From a virus (lineage: Duplodnaviria > Caudoviricetes), in IMG/VR virus record IMGVR_UViG_3300033067_000378, positions 1 through 33,500 of that record: DNA of 33,500 nt; one strand, written 5' to 3'. The stretch's first letter is position 1. The number at the start of each line of letters is the position of its first letter. Both the position numbers and the translations under genes were made by a program. The notes beneath the pieces were generated by a model. That model made no database searches, was not told where the DNA came from, and was given only the letters and a program-made list of their open reading frames with translations. Shown here piece after piece: positions 33,407-33,500 of this stretch.

Positions 33407-33500
33407 TTTCTTGAGTAGGGATTACTTCCGCCTTAACTACGTCGTAGTGGATAGTAGCGACGCCTAGATACTTATGTTCGACCTCTTCTTTCTCTTTCCA
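33390..33500 (-). CDS. terS: Terminase small subunit, 3' part
   Basis: WKEKEEVEHKYLGVATIHYDVVKAEVIPTQENATSH*, overlapping the terL start. Confidence 0.65.
   Translation of the reverse strand, partial: WKEKEEVEHKYLGVATIHYDVVKAEVIPTQENATSH

Noticed and set aside
1-33500. Genome-wide stop codon reassignment (TAG or TGA)
   Set aside because: TAG ends many genes in tight stop-start junctions and the long genes translate intact in code 11; only one internal TAG was seen

Overview
The window is a near-complete, probably circular, ~33.5 kb siphovirus-type phage genome with almost all genes on the minus strand. The terminase small subunit gene appears to run off position 1 and resume at position 33500. 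The late region encodes terminase, a portal fused to a MuF/gp7 domain, fibre-like and lysis genes, protease, an HK97-fold capsid, neck, tail tube, a frameshifted tail chaperone, tape measure and tail tip/fibre. The early/middle region encodes a replication initiator with internal iterons, a YqaJ exonuclease, an SSB-like protein, YopX, HNH, VRR-NUC, HU, a ParB-methyltransferase fusion and a minimal PLP-fold-II-like protein. I saw no integrase, repressor, polymerase or helicase. Absent Shine-Dalgarno sites and extended -10 promoters close to start codons suggest a Patescibacteria (CPR)-like host (inference). Most notable: (1) by manual scan GATC is depleted and all 21 remaining sites are CAGATC/GATCTG, spaced unusually evenly, in a genome with a ParB-MTase/PLP-enzyme pair; (2) a conserved leader hairpin precedes three genes and an intergenic structured RNA carries its 11-nt complement; (3) a plus-strand array of tiny promoter-gene-terminator units surrounds an endonuclease VII gene; (4) an amber codon in an iteron splits the replication initiator. 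All counts and folds were done by eye and need computational confirmation.
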